Positions 1 to 9,367 are shown, counted from the stretch's first letter. The stretch: DNA of 64,000 nt from an uncultured Candidatus Saccharibacteria bacterium (GCA_965231155.1 OZ246418.1:573710-637709); one strand, 5' to 3'. Made by a program: numbers and translations. Notes: generated by a model from the letters alone, not told the origin.

Positions 1-383
1 AAATATTTTCTCAAGCCATCCAGACTTCGGTGGTCAGAGTTTCGGCGGCTTCTTTTGATTCTAATATCAATGCCTCTGGGACGAACTTAGCGATCGGCAG
101 TGTGGCAAATGAGTGGAAGTCAATCAATAACACTATCTTCTTTTCTGGGTCGAATGTTGGTATTAACACCACTCAGTTTACACCGACCCAGTCTCTTGAA
201 GTTCGGAATGGTGGTTTCCGTCTGGCGAATGAGAGTGGTGTGGCAACGTCATCTCTTACTTGCGACAGTGCTACGAATCGAGGGACCTTATGGTTTGTGA
301 AAGGTAGTGGATCGGCCAGAGATACAATAGTTGTCTGTGGGCAAACTGGATCGAGCACATATCAGTGGATGCCACTTAATTAG
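1..383 (+). CDS. C-terminal fragment (5' end outside the window) of a secreted fibre-like surface protein
   Basis: The reading frame is open from the window edge with no in-frame stop upstream of 30. Gly/Ser/Thr/Asn-rich beta-like sequence (VRNGGFRLANESG) resembles the fibre-collar segment of ORF 503-970. Confidence 0.4.
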   Translation, partial: IFSQAIQTSVVRVSAASFDSNINASGTNLAIGSVANEWKSINNTIFFSGSNVGINTTQFTPTQSLEVRNGGFRLANESGVATSSLTCDSATNRGTLWFVKGSGSARDTIVVCGQTGSSTYQWMPLN

Positions 384-502
384 ACTTCAGAAATAAAGCG
401 GGGGATAAGTTTCTTGGAGGTCTTCTTTTGCGATTGTGATATAATTTTTACAAAGGTTGGCAGTTTCGTTTCTTCTATTTTTAATAATCAAATTTTTTAC
501 TT

Positions 503-970
503 ATGACTATTATTCGTCCATTAATTGCCGGTACGATTCTTGCAGTGTTTGCGATGTTTTCCATGATCTTTTTAGCGGTTGCGTTCAACGGACCGACACA
601 AGCCCCGCCGTCTGGTTCTGGGGCGGTTGTGGTAGATGCTAATAACATGTTAGCGGTAGGAACTTCAACGGCCAGATCTAACACTAGGTTGTATGTGGTG
701 GGAAGTGGTATTGCTTCCGAGTATGGTCTTCGAGTGCAGGCTTTTGATGGCACTAATAACTTTGTGGTTCGTAATGATGGTCGAGCATCTGTCACCGGTG
801 GTTTGTCCCTTGCGAGTTGGTTGTCGGTGGTTGGGTCCACGACGTTCAATGGACAGACATATATCTGGCCAGGAACTACTGGAGTTGCAAATAGTGTTCT
901 TATGACAGATGGGGCCGGGAATTTGTCATGGTCAACTTCGACTGGTGGTGGGGGGACTACTTATCAATAG
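503..970 (+). CDS. Small secreted or anchored fibre-like protein (N-terminal signal anchor, Gly/Thr-rich tail-fibre-like C-terminus)
   Basis: 155 aa with an N-terminal hydrophobic helix (LIAGTILAVFAMFSMIFLAV). The segment NNFVVRNDGRASVTGGLSL...NGQTYIWPGTTGVANSVLMTDGAGNLSW looks like phage tail-fibre or S74 pre-domain repeats, also seen in ORF 43282-46146. Confidence 0.45.
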   Translation: MTIIRPLIAGTILAVFAMFSMIFLAVAFNGPTQAPPSGSGAVVVDANNMLAVGTSTARSNTRLYVVGSGIASEYGLRVQAFDGTNNFVVRNDGRASVTGGLSLASWLSVVGSTTFNGQTYIWPGTTGVANSVLMTDGAGNLSWSTSTGGGGTTYQ

Positions 971-1008
971 TTTTTTTAAGTTGGTTTTTTTGTTCGGATA
1001 ATCATTCT

Positions 1009-1395
1009 ATGAGTACCATATCATTGAAATCGTCACAGCTCATCTTCAGAATAATACTCATTCTCGTTCTCATCGGCGTTTTTGTTGGTTTCGCGATTCT
1101 TCGCATGGGTGAAGACCCAAAACAGCGGGCGTTAAGGATACAGAATGAGGTGGCAGTAGTTGCTCAGTCTAATGATTTTAAGAAGTGTGAAGAGTTCAAA
1201 GGGCAGATGGTGAACGGTTTGGACTATGGCATCGTCTGCAAGAATAACGCGGTGATGAACGCGGCGATTACAAATTTGGACGTTGCTATTTGTGAGAACA
1301 TTGATCCATCTCTTAATACAGCGGAGGAATGTAGGAGTCAGGTTGAATTTAAAAAGATGGAGGTAGCAGCAAGTACTACAGAGACTCAACGGTAA
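1009..1395 (+). CDS. Small membrane-anchored hypothetical protein (start moved to an internal Met)
   Basis: The track ORF 928-1395 is used from M28 (MSTISLK...). It has a single TM helix (IILILVLIGVFVGFAIL) followed by a Cys-containing soluble domain. The stop overlaps the next gene's start (TAATG at 1393-1397). Confidence 0.4.
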   Translation: MSTISLKSSQLIFRIILILVLIGVFVGFAILRMGEDPKQRALRIQNEVAVVAQSNDFKKCEEFKGQMVNGLDYGIVCKNNAVMNAAITNLDVAICENIDPSLNTAEECRSQVEFKKMEVAASTTETQR

Positions 1396-3458
1396 TGACT
1401 ATTATTCGAACTTCTAAAATCTTAGTACTGTTTATTGCTTTTCTCTCGTTTGTGGGATTTTTTCAGACCGCTTCGGCAGGTTTAATCTGGACGAACTGGT
1501 ATAAGATCCCCGGGACCTGGCCGACCCGTCCTACGAATCCTCAGACCGCCGGGCCAACAAATTTAGCCTTAGATGCTAACGGTAATATTTATGTAGCTGC
1601 TCGGTATATTACTTTTAGTCAGGTTACTGGATTTTGGACTCAGAAATATAGTCCGACCGGAACTGCTCTTTGGGGCGCTAGTGGTAAGGTGTATAACATT
1701 GGGAGTGGTCTTGGCTCTTACGGTCGTTATGGAGCGCGAGGAATCGGTATTCATCCAATTTCTGGAGATATTTATGTACTTGGTTTTGCTAGCGATCCTA
1801 ATTACGGCCATTATCAGATAATACGTTACGATCAAGCAGGGAATCAGATTGGATCTTCTTGGACGTACCAATTTTCAAATAGTGAAACCGAACTTCCTTA
1901 TGGTATCGCTTTTGATTCTCAGGGATATGTTTATGCGGCGGGAGCAGACTGGACTCTTGGGAAGTATCTTCTGACTAAGTTTAGCACCTCGACTCCAACC
2001 GGCACTCTTGTTTGGGCGACAACCACTGGTTCTTTGTCTGTCAGTAATCCTCCTTTTCCTCAAGGGAGTATTCAGATTGTGAATGATCGTCTTTATGTTG
2101 GAGGTGAGGCTTCTTTGAATAATTACTCTTGGATGAAGCTGGCAACTTCTGGAGTAATATTGCAAACCTCGACTTTCGGTGCTTTCAATCAGTACTCTGC
2201 AAACATTGCCGTTGATGGTCTAGAAAACGTGTATCAGGCTGGTCAGGCGGGCATTGAGGGTGGTGTACCGAATGATTATGATCGTCTTATTACTAAGCAT
2301 TCATCTTCTGGTGTATTCCAGTGGGCCAGGAGAATGAATTCTTCACCTCTTTCTAATACGAGCCAGGAATGGGGGCATGGTGTTTCTATTGATGGTTCCG
2401 GAAATATTTATGTAAGTGGTGGAGCTAGCGATCCTTCGAGTGGCCTTGTGGGAGCAATTGTAGGTAAATATGATCAACTAGGGAATGTATTATGGAATGA
2501 GTGGCTGGCTTCAAGTAGCATTATCGGACAAACTCAGGGGGATGTGAAAGTGGATTCTTCCGGATATGTATACGCGGTGAGTGATGAATCTGGGGGAGTT
2601 CGGGTTAGTAAATATCTCCCGAGTTGTACAGCCCTTCTCGATCGATCTTGGACCGATGCTACTCTTACGGCTGGAGTGACTCCGATTAAAGCTGTTCATT
2701 TGAATGAGCTTAGGGACTGCGCGAATAGTCGAAGAAGGGCAGTTGGTCTCAGTCCTTATTCTTGGACTGATGCGACGATTGTGGTGAGTTCGACACCTGT
2801 GAAGGCGGTGCATGTGAATCAACTTCGAACTGCTATCTCGGAGATATATACAACTTGTGGGCGTACGGCACCAACCTGGACAACTGATCCAGGAACCTTA
2901 TCGGCAGGCCAGACTGTTCGGAAAAATCATTTTACGGAGATGCGGAGCAATATTCTGAGTGCACCAACAACCTGTGTCCGAACTGCCTTCGTGAGTAGTC
3001 AGACATATTCGGGGAATCTTGGTGGTTTGAGTGGTGCGGATGCAACTTGTCAGGCGCTTGCTTCAAATGCAGGAATGCTCGGCACTTTTAAGGCTTGGCT
3101 TAGCACGAGTGATGGCGCTTCGCCTGCCAGTCGATTTGTGGCTAGCCCAAATCCTTATCGTCGTAGCGATGGTTTACTTTTAGCGACTTCCTGGACTGAT
3201 GGATCGGATGGAACACTGAACAATCCAATAAACAGAAATGAACTGGGAGTTGATGTGGGGACTTCGACTACGGCGGTGTGGACTAATACGAGCATAAGCG
3301 GTACTGCGAATGGCGCGAATGATTGTGCTGATTGGACGAGCGCTTCAGTGAGCGTTAGCGGTTCTGTCGGGACTTCTACGGTGAGTAGCTCTGCTTGGAC
3401 AACAGGCGGAACTAAGACGTGTAATTCGTTAGCTCGACTCTACTGCATCCAGCAGTAA
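1395..3458 (+). CDS. Large secreted beta-propeller-repeat protein with tandem ~40-aa repeats and a Cys-containing lectin-like C-terminal domain
   Basis: 687 aa with an N-terminal signal peptide (ILVLFIAFLSFVGFFQTASA). GNIYV / SGDIYV / GNIYVSGGASDP motifs are typical of SBBP-type beta-propeller repeats. There are three tandem repeats, SWTDAT-x-T-x-G/S-x-TP[IV]KAVH[LV]N[EQ]LR. The C-terminal ~180 aa carry spaced Cys residues (CVRT..CQAL..CADWTS..CNSLARLYC). Confidence 0.6.
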   Translation: MTIIRTSKILVLFIAFLSFVGFFQTASAGLIWTNWYKIPGTWPTRPTNPQTAGPTNLALDANGNIYVAARYITFSQVTGFWTQKYSPTGTALWGASGKVYNIGSGLGSYGRYGARGIGIHPISGDIYVLGFASDPNYGHYQIIRYDQAGNQIGSSWTYQFSNSETELPYGIAFDSQGYVYAAGADWTLGKYLLTKFSTSTPTGTLVWATTTGSLSVSNPPFPQGSIQIVNDRLYVGGEASLNNYSWMKLATSGVILQTSTFGAFNQYSANIAVDGLENVYQAGQAGIEGGVPNDYDRLITKHSSSGVFQWARRMNSSPLSNTSQEWGHGVSIDGSGNIYVSGGASDPSSGLVGAIVGKYDQLGNVLWNEWLASSSIIGQTQGDVKVDSSGYVYAVSDESGGVRVSKYLPSCTALLDRSWTDATLTAGVTPIKAVHLNELRDCANSRRRAVGLSPYSWTDATIVVSSTPVKAVHVNQLRTAISEIYTTCGRTAPTWTTDPGTLSAGQTVRKNHFTEMRSNILSAPTTCVRTAFVSSQTYSGNLGGLSGADATCQALASNAGMLGTFKAWLSTSDGASPASRFVASPNPYRRSDGLLLATSWTDGSDGTLNNPINRNELGVDVGTSTTAVWTNTSISGTANGANDCADWTSASVSVSGSVGTSTVSSSAWTTGGTKTCNSLARLYCIQQ

Positions 3459-3459
3459 C

Positions 3460-5607
3460 TTATTCCTGGTGGAGTTGCTTTCGGAATTTTTCTAGCTCTT
3501 TTTTGAGAAGTGGATACTTCGCTATCGTGAGATCATTTTTGGTCATTCGTAGGGCGGCGGCACGGCTCATATTCAGAAGTTTAATATCAGTGAGTCCGCG
3601 CATCAGTTTATCAGGAAAACCAGTCTGTTCTTTTCCCAAAAACTGTCCGGGCCCACGAAGAGCGAGATCTTTTTCGGCCAGTTCGAATCCATTTTTTGCT
3701 TCGACAATGGCCTTTAGTCGTTGTTTTGCGGTTACTCCAGTTGACTCACTGAATAGAAGGCAGTAGGACTGGTGACTGCCTCGCCCAACCCGACCACGGA
3801 ACTGGTATAACTGGGACAGACCAAACCGATCACTTCCCTCGATAGCCATAACGGTGGCATTGGGGACATCAACACCAACTTCGATCACAGAAGTAGAGAC
3901 AAGAATATCAATTTCTTTCGTTTTGAATTTTTGCATCACCTCGTCTTTTTCTTTGGCTTTCATCTGACCATGGAGCATTGCAATGCGTAGTTCTGGGAAT
4001 ATTTTCGTGGATAACTTCTCATACTCCTCCTTGACTGATTTCACCTCTAACTTTTGTTTATCCCAGACTGCTGAGTTTTCTCCGGAGGTAGCGGATTCGA
4101 TGCGTGGACAGACAACGAAGGCCTGTCGACCATCTCTAATTTCTTTACGAATCAGTTCGTAGGCAGAGGTTCTTTCCTGAGGAGGAATGATCATTGTTTG
4201 GATTGCTTTTCTGTCAGCTGGTAGTTCGGTGATGGTCGAGAGGTCTAAGTCGCCAAAGACAGTGAGCGTAAGGGTGCGGGGAATTGGCGTGGCTGACATA
4301 CTGAGGAAGTGAGGCAGGAGGCCTTTCTTTCTGATTAATGTTGCTCGCTGCTCAACGCCGAATCGGTGTTGTTCGTCGATGATCACGAGGCCAAGATTTT
4401 TGAATTTTATCCCTTTTTCAATAAGGGCGTGTGTGCCGATGATAATTTTCACCGTACTGCCAGCCAAGTAATCCTTCATCTTTTCTTTTTTAACTTCTTT
4501 TTCTAGATCGGTTTCGTAAAAGATAGTGGCTCGGTGACCAGTAAAAAGACCAATAGCTGGTTGATTCTCTGAGGTAATCGTACTAAAGAGCTTTTTCAAG
4601 GTTTCAAAATGCTGATTGGCGAGAACTTCAGTCGGTGCGAGAATTGCTGTCTGGTAGTCATTTTTGGCGGCAAAAAGGGCGGTTAAGGCCGCCACTACAG
4701 TTTTTCCGGAGCCGACATCACCCTGAAGAAGGCGATTCATTGGAGTACCAGTTTGGAGATTCTGAACAATCTCCCACAAGGATCTTTTTTGTGAGGTGGT
4801 GAGCGGGAAGGGGAGTTGTTCGAGGATGTTTTTAATTTCCGGAATGGTGATATCCAGTTTCGGTGCACGCTGGTTTCTGAGGACTGCTTTTTGGCGAATA
4901 TTCAGAAGTTGAAGAAGGAAGAGATTTTCAAAAGCGAATCTTCGTTCGGCTTGTTGCGCTTCCTCTATTGATTCTGGGAAGTGGATACCGCGAAGGGCTT
5001 TGTTTATTTCTGGGAGTCGTGAGGTTTTTAAAATTTCATCGGGTAGCCATTCCTCTAGTTTCGGCGCACCCTTGAGGATTGGCTGGAGAAGAAAACGAAG
5101 AGTACGGGAGGTGAGCCCACTTGTTTCTGGATAGATAGGAATGAGCCGGCCGGTGTGTCTGGTCGTTGGTTTCTCTCCCTGAATAACTTTTTTATCGATT
5201 AGTTCGTAGGAAGGGTGAGAAAAATATATCTCCCCGGCTTCTTCGGAGACTTTGCCAGAGATACTTACTAAACGTCCGGGGGTGAGGGTGTTTTTAAGAT
5301 AGGGTTGATTAAACCAGACCGCGCGGACGAGATCGCTTTCATCACGGATATAAGCTTCGATGATAATCATACGTCGACGGAAGCTTCGTCGGGCGTCAAC
5401 GGTCTCAACGACTCCTTGGATGGTGGCTTGTTCGCCAGCTGCCAGATCGGTGATAGGGGAGAGATGCGAAAAGTCTTCGTAGCGACTGGGGAAGTGCCAG
5501 AGAAGATCTCTGACCGTGAGCAAGTCTAGACGTTCGAGTTTTTTAGCGTATTTAACTCCGATATGACGAATCGCTGAGAGAGGTGTATCGAGAAAGGAGG
5601 ACGTCAT
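3460..5607 (-). CDS. recG: ATP-dependent DNA helicase RecG
   Basis: Helicase motifs GDVGSGKT (Walker A) and IIDEQHRFGV (DEQH box), plus an N-terminal wedge/OB region; length ~715 aa. The start is set at the ATG at 5607 rather than the GTG at 5622 to avoid overlap with tRNA-Lys. Confidence 0.9.
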   Translation of the reverse strand: MTSSFLDTPLSAIRHIGVKYAKKLERLDLLTVRDLLWHFPSRYEDFSHLSPITDLAAGEQATIQGVVETVDARRSFRRRMIIIEAYIRDESDLVRAVWFNQPYLKNTLTPGRLVSISGKVSEEAGEIYFSHPSYELIDKKVIQGEKPTTRHTGRLIPIYPETSGLTSRTLRFLLQPILKGAPKLEEWLPDEILKTSRLPEINKALRGIHFPESIEEAQQAERRFAFENLFLLQLLNIRQKAVLRNQRAPKLDITIPEIKNILEQLPFPLTTSQKRSLWEIVQNLQTGTPMNRLLQGDVGSGKTVVAALTALFAAKNDYQTAILAPTEVLANQHFETLKKLFSTITSENQPAIGLFTGHRATIFYETDLEKEVKKEKMKDYLAGSTVKIIIGTHALIEKGIKFKNLGLVIIDEQHRFGVEQRATLIRKKGLLPHFLSMSATPIPRTLTLTVFGDLDLSTITELPADRKAIQTMIIPPQERTSAYELIRKEIRDGRQAFVVCPRIESATSGENSAVWDKQKLEVKSVKEEYEKLSTKIFPELRIAMLHGQMKAKEKDEVMQKFKTKEIDILVSTSVIEVGVDVPNATVMAIEGSDRFGLSQLYQFRGRVGRGSHQSYCLLFSESTGVTAKQRLKAIVEAKNGFELAEKDLALRGPGQFLGKEQTGFPDKLMRGLTDIKLLNMSRAAALRMTKNDLTIAKYPLLKKELEKFRKQLHQE

Positions 5608-5613
5608 TTTTAG

Positions 5614-5686
5614 TGCACCCACCAGGGATCGAACCTGGGACCATCTCCTTAAGAGGGAGCTGCTCTACCAGCTGAGCTATGGGTGC
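5614..5686 (-). tRNA. tRNA-Lys (anticodon CTT)
   Basis: The reverse complement folds as a cloverleaf: acceptor GCACCCA/TGGGTGC, T-arm CCAGGTTCGATCCCTGG, anticodon loop CTCTTAA. CCA is not encoded. Confidence 0.85.
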
Positions 5687-5770
5687 AGTGCTATCGGTAT
5701 TTTAAAAGAAACACGACTCCAGGTTTGTGACCTCTTTTGGAGTTAGGTACATTTTATCCGATTTTCAAAA

Positions 5771-5803
5771 AAAGAAAAGCCGCACAAGCGGCTTCCTTTT
5801 TTT
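5771..5803. terminator. Bidirectional rho-independent terminator hairpin
   Basis: The stem aagccgc-acaa-gcggctt is flanked by an A-run on one side and a T-run on the other. It lies downstream of the minus-strand micro-gene 5816-6022. Confidence 0.5.
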
Positions 5804-5815
5804 GAAAATAAATTC

Positions 5816-6022
5816 CTAACAACACTTGCACTTGCTACCGGTAATCTTGGTGACACCAATAGCGATGATGAGAACCGGCCAGGCGTAGTCCACAAAGTTT
5901 TGTGTGAGTACGTCGAGACGGAGAAGGAGAAATGCGAGGCCGATTAAGGTTATGAGAATCGGCGTCATTTTGTGGTGTACGCAACCACAGAGATTCTTTT
6001 TATCTGTAAGCTCGTTGTCCAT
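5816..6022 (-). CDS. Small two-helix membrane protein with a Cys-rich C-terminus, lying between two tRNA genes
   Basis: 68 aa with two hydrophobic helices (ILITLIGLAFLLL; AWPVLIIAIGV). Cys/His clusters are CGCVHH and the C-terminal KCKCC. It is followed by a terminator hairpin. Confidence 0.45.
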   Translation of the reverse strand: MDNELTDKKNLCGCVHHKMTPILITLIGLAFLLLRLDVLTQNFVDYAWPVLIIAIGVTKITGSKCKCC

Positions 6023-6085
6023 GGTATGATAAATGGCCTAAAATAGGATTCCCGACCTTTTTCCTAGTATACCATCTTTTACTAC

Positions 6086-6160
6086 TGGTGCTCCCGGAGG
6101 GATTCGAACCCCCAATAACAGGTTCGAAGCCTGTCGTGATATCCATTTCACTACGGAAGC
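6086..6160 (-). tRNA. tRNA-Arg (anticodon TCG)
   Basis: The reverse complement reads GCTTCCG...ACAGG-CTTCGAA-CCTGT...GGGGGTTCGAATCCCTCC-GGGAGC-A-CCA. CCA is encoded. Confidence 0.8.
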
Positions 6161-6232
6161 TTGTAATGGATCTTGCTCCTCATCCTAACCTGGTTTGGAT
6201 GATCTCTCAAGTATCTGATAAGATAGAAAGTA

Positions 6233-6910
6233 ATGGACGATCCACTTTTCTTTTTTCGACTTACTGTACTGATTTTTTCGATCATTATCCACGAGATTTC
6301 TCATGGATATATTGCTGAGTACTTAGGTGATCCAACAGCTCGTCTTGCGGGGAGGTTGACCTTGAATCCAATTAAGCATATTGATCTTTTCGGATCCATT
6401 CTTCTCCCTGGATTTCTTGCCCTAACTGGTCATCCAATTTTCGGTTGGGCCAAGCCAGTTCCCTATAATCCGTATAATCTAAAAGATCCTCAGAAGGGTG
6501 GTGGGTTAATCGCGTTGGCCGGTCCACTTTCTAATATGCTGATAGCCATTGTTTTTGGTCTTTGTATGCGTTTTCTCAGTACTGCCACAGTTCTTCCATT
6601 AGAACAGACGAATTCTCTACTTGGTATGTTTGGTTTAATTGTTGCGATGAACGTTCTTCTGGCTTTGTTCAATCTAGTGCCGATCCCACCGATTGATGGC
6701 TCAAAAGTTTTAGCCTTGATTTTGCCTCGTCGATGGCAGTTTCATGTTGATGTGTTCTGGGCTCGTGTGGGCACTCTCATTCAGGAGAATTATTTTATTG
6801 CCATAATGATTTTATTTATTTTTATTTCTTATATTCTCGATGGCATCTTTTTTTTCTTGCGTCCTATTATGGAGTTTTTGTTTATGCTGTTCACTGGCTT
6901 TCCGCTGTAA
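6233..6910 (+). CDS. Site-2 protease family zinc metalloprotease (peptidase M50, SpoIVFB-like, no PDZ domain)
   Basis: HEISHG (HExxH) sits in the first TM region. The protein is polytopic, with a second metal-ligand region (LNLVPIPPIDGSKV). Confidence 0.8.
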   Translation: MDDPLFFFRLTVLIFSIIIHEISHGYIAEYLGDPTARLAGRLTLNPIKHIDLFGSILLPGFLALTGHPIFGWAKPVPYNPYNLKDPQKGGGLIALAGPLSNMLIAIVFGLCMRFLSTATVLPLEQTNSLLGMFGLIVAMNVLLALFNLVPIPPIDGSKVLALILPRRWQFHVDVFWARVGTLIQENYFIAIMILFIFISYILDGIFFFLRPIMEFLFMLFTGFPL

Positions 6911-6946
6911 TTGATAACTTCGTGATATAATTACGATATATATCCC

Positions 6947-7486
6947 ATGGCCGCAGACAGAGATCTAATAAAAAATATTGCGTTTATTTTGGTTAGTTTC
7001 TTAATTGCGAGTGTGATTTTGTGGTGGTTGAGATCTGACATTCAGGCGCAGTCGGAGAAGGCTCTTTCATTAAGACAGGAACTTGGAGCAGATGCCGATT
7101 TAGCAGTTAGTTTTGCGGCGCTTAAGAGTCAGGGAGAGAAGGCGGCGGTTTTCGAAAACCGACTATCCAGTCTTTTGCCGGTGAGTGATAAGCTGATTGA
7201 TTTTCGACGTTTTCTTGAGGTGCTCGGGAGTCAGCGAGGGGTTTCCACTAATTTTTCTTTTGAAGGAGCGGGGAGTAGCGGTGAAAAAGGAAAACCAAGT
7301 TCTATTGGGTTTTCTTTGGAGATGTCGGGGCCTTTATCTGGAATTCAGGGATTGCTGAATGATATCGAAGTAAATCCCAAGTCATATCTCCTTTCCCTTG
7401 ATACTTTTGATCTCTCGAAAACTGAAGCGGGATACCGCGTGATCTTCCGGGGAAAGTTATATTACCAGGAAACTGCCAACTCTTAA
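6947..7486 (+). CDS. PilO-like membrane protein (TM anchor, coiled coil, duplicated C-terminal domain)
   Basis: 179 aa with an N-terminal TM helix (IAFILVSFLIASVILWWL), a coiled-coil stretch, then two similar beta-rich segments. The architecture resembles PilO/PilN; there is no sequence signature beyond that. Confidence 0.35.
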   Translation: MAADRDLIKNIAFILVSFLIASVILWWLRSDIQAQSEKALSLRQELGADADLAVSFAALKSQGEKAAVFENRLSSLLPVSDKLIDFRRFLEVLGSQRGVSTNFSFEGAGSSGEKGKPSSIGFSLEMSGPLSGIQGLLNDIEVNPKSYLLSLDTFDLSKTEAGYRVIFRGKLYYQETANS

Positions 7487-7497
7487 TTTTTGAATTT

Positions 7498-7698
7498 ATG
7501 TCATTTTTTTCTAAAAGATATTATGAATTGTTACTAGGTGGAGTGGCGGTTTTTCTTTTTGGACTCTTGATTATTTACTTAGTTTTAGCGATGATGAGCA
7601 TAACCTCGGGAATCGGTCGGGCTATTGGTCCGAACGAGAGGCAGGCTGGGTCGGTGGAGTTCGATCTAGAGGCTGCCGCTATGTTGGGGTTGGATTAA
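7498..7698 (+). CDS. Small hypothetical membrane protein
   Basis: 66-aa ORF with one TM helix (VAVFLFGLLIIYLVLAMM). Evidence is weak. Confidence 0.3.
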   Translation: MSFFSKRYYELLLGGVAVFLFGLLIIYLVLAMMSITSGIGRAIGPNERQAGSVEFDLEAAAMLGLD

Positions 7699-7705
7699 GA
7701 TGTTT

Positions 7706-7780
7706 GCGCTCATAGCTCAGTGGTAGAGCGTCACATTGACATTGTGAAGGCCCGAGGTTCGATCCCTCGTGGGCGCACCA
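7706..7780 (+). tRNA. tRNA-Val (anticodon GAC)
   Basis: GCGCTCA...TCACA-TTGACAT-TGTGA...CGAGGTTCGATCCCTCG-TGGGCGC-A-CCA. CCA is encoded. Confidence 0.85.
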
Positions 7781-7846
7781 GAGTAGAAATTGACCTGGGG
7801 ATTTGTTAATTTTTACTTTCAATATTACATTTATAATTTATAGATT

Positions 7847-7918
7847 GGGCGCGTAGTTCAGTGGTAGAACGCTGTCCTGATAAGACAGAGGTCGAAGGTC
7901 CGATTCCTTCCGCGCCCA
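7847..7918 (+). tRNA. tRNA-Ile (anticodon GAT)
   Basis: GGGCGCG...CTGTC-CTGATAA-GACAG...GAAGGTCCGATTCCTTC-CGCGCCC-A. There is no encoded CCA. Confidence 0.8.
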
Positions 7919-7924
7919 CTGCTG

Positions 7925-8665
7925 ATGGTTGAATTAAAAGTTATATACGAAGATAAAGATTTCTTGGTGCTGATGAAGCCAGCGGGTCTTTTGATGCATC
8001 CGTTTCGAGTGGGTACTGCTAAAGGAAAGATGGTGGTGACTGAACCAACACTTGTCGACTGGCTGAAGGAACATTTTCCAGAAACGAGGACGGTTGGTGA
8101 TAATCCCGAGATGCGACCTGGGTTGGTGCATCGACTAGACAGGGAGACTTCTGGCTTAGTCATCGTTGCCAGGAATCAGAGAACCTTCGAGTATTTTAAA
8201 GAGCAGTTTAAGGTGGGCGGAATCAAAAAGACGTATCTTGCGTTGGTGCGAGGAGTACCGCGAGAGAAAGAGGGGAGGATTGAAAAACCGATTAGTCTGA
8301 AACCTGGGACAACGAAGCGGACGGTGTATGGTGGAAAGATGACTAAAGAGGCGACTACGGAATATGAAGTGATGGAGACATTTTCCTATGGTAGCGACTC
8401 GTATGCCTTGTTGAGGGTGCGACCGCTTACTGGTCGGACTCACCAAATCAGAGTGCATTTAACAAGTATTGGCCATCCAATCGTTGGCGACACTCTCTAT
8501 GGCCATCGGAAGAAACAAAAGGGAGAGGCCTTGGCGAGCCGGCTTATGCTCCATGCGCTTTCTTTAGCGTTTACTACTCCGCAGGGTAAAAATTTGAAAA
8601 TCGAAGAAGGAATACCGTCAGATTTCGAGAGTGTTCTTAAGAGACTGAAGAAAGATAGTATCTAG
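7925..8665 (+). CDS. RluA-family pseudouridine synthase (no S4 domain)
   Basis: Catalytic motif HRLDRETSGLVIVARN and C-terminal HQIRVHL are both present; 246 aa. Confidence 0.85.
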   Translation: MVELKVIYEDKDFLVLMKPAGLLMHPFRVGTAKGKMVVTEPTLVDWLKEHFPETRTVGDNPEMRPGLVHRLDRETSGLVIVARNQRTFEYFKEQFKVGGIKKTYLALVRGVPREKEGRIEKPISLKPGTTKRTVYGGKMTKEATTEYEVMETFSYGSDSYALLRVRPLTGRTHQIRVHLTSIGHPIVGDTLYGHRKKQKGEALASRLMLHALSLAFTTPQGKNLKIEEGIPSDFESVLKRLKKDSI

Positions 8666-8705
8666 TGTTTCTTATCCACACGAGCTTATAATAGGGGGGG
8701 TCCTC

Positions 8706-8720
8706 TGTGGTATAATCAAG
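8706..8720 (+). promoter_or_regulatory. Extended -10 promoter (TGGTATAAT) upstream of the major pilin gene
   Basis: tgtggtataat lies ~40 nt upstream of the ATG at 8761. Confidence 0.35.
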
Positions 8721-8760
8721 GGACATAGAGAAAGGTCGAGTATAAGTTTTCTATATCTAT

Positions 8761-9339
8761 ATGCAACAAAAAGGTTTTACCTTAATTGAGCTTTTGATTG
8801 TCATCGCTATCATTGCGGTTTTGTCGGTAGTGGTGGTTCTCACCTTGAACCCAGCTGAGCTTTTGCGACAGGCACGGGATTCTGCTCGAGTTTCCGACAT
8901 GTCCTCAATGGACTCTGCGTTATCGTTATTCTTAGCTGATGGAGGAACGTTTTCTCGATCTGATACGTGTTATGCTTTTTCGTCGTCAACAGCCACCTCG
9001 TGTGGGACTGCTGCTCTTGGTATGGGTTTCAATTCGGCTTCGTTGACTACAGTAAATAACACTGGTTCTTCTTCGCGAGTTACTACTGGCGCAGGTTGGT
9101 TGCCGGTAAACTTCGCATCAAGTTCGGCTGGTGCACCATTTGGTACCTTGCCAGTTGATCCAACGAACAATAGTAGTTATTTCTATGCTTTTGCTGCGGG
9201 GAGTAGTTCAACCTACAAACTCAATGCACGCATGGAGAGCACCAAGTATAGTACTGGTACTACGAATGTTATGTTGAATTCAAAGGATGGCGGGACGAGT
9301 GATTCTCTTTACGAAAAGGGAAATACTCTTTCTCTCTAG
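8761..9339 (+). CDS. Type IV major pilin (prepilin-type N-terminal cleavage/methylation domain)
   Basis: MQQKG|FTLIELLIVIAIIAVL is the canonical class III signal, with F at +1 and E at +5. The C-terminal region is Ser/Thr/Gly-rich. Confidence 0.85.
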   Translation: MQQKGFTLIELLIVIAIIAVLSVVVVLTLNPAELLRQARDSARVSDMSSMDSALSLFLADGGTFSRSDTCYAFSSSTATSCGTAALGMGFNSASLTTVNNTGSSSRVTTGAGWLPVNFASSSAGAPFGTLPVDPTNNSSYFYAFAAGSSSTYKLNARMESTKYSTGTTNVMLNSKDGGTSDSLYEKGNTLSL

Positions 9340-9367
9340 TACGTTTGGAGTTTTGTGAACAAAAAAA

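Noticed and set aside
100-358. Two overlapping small ORFs (100-300 plus, 173-358 minus)
   Set aside because: They are nested inside the longer window-edge reading frame that encodes the fibre-like C-terminus.
6088-6318. Plus-strand 76-aa ORF
   Set aside because: It lies almost entirely over the antisense of tRNA-Arg and the M50 protease start region, has no RBS, and has odd composition. Called spurious.
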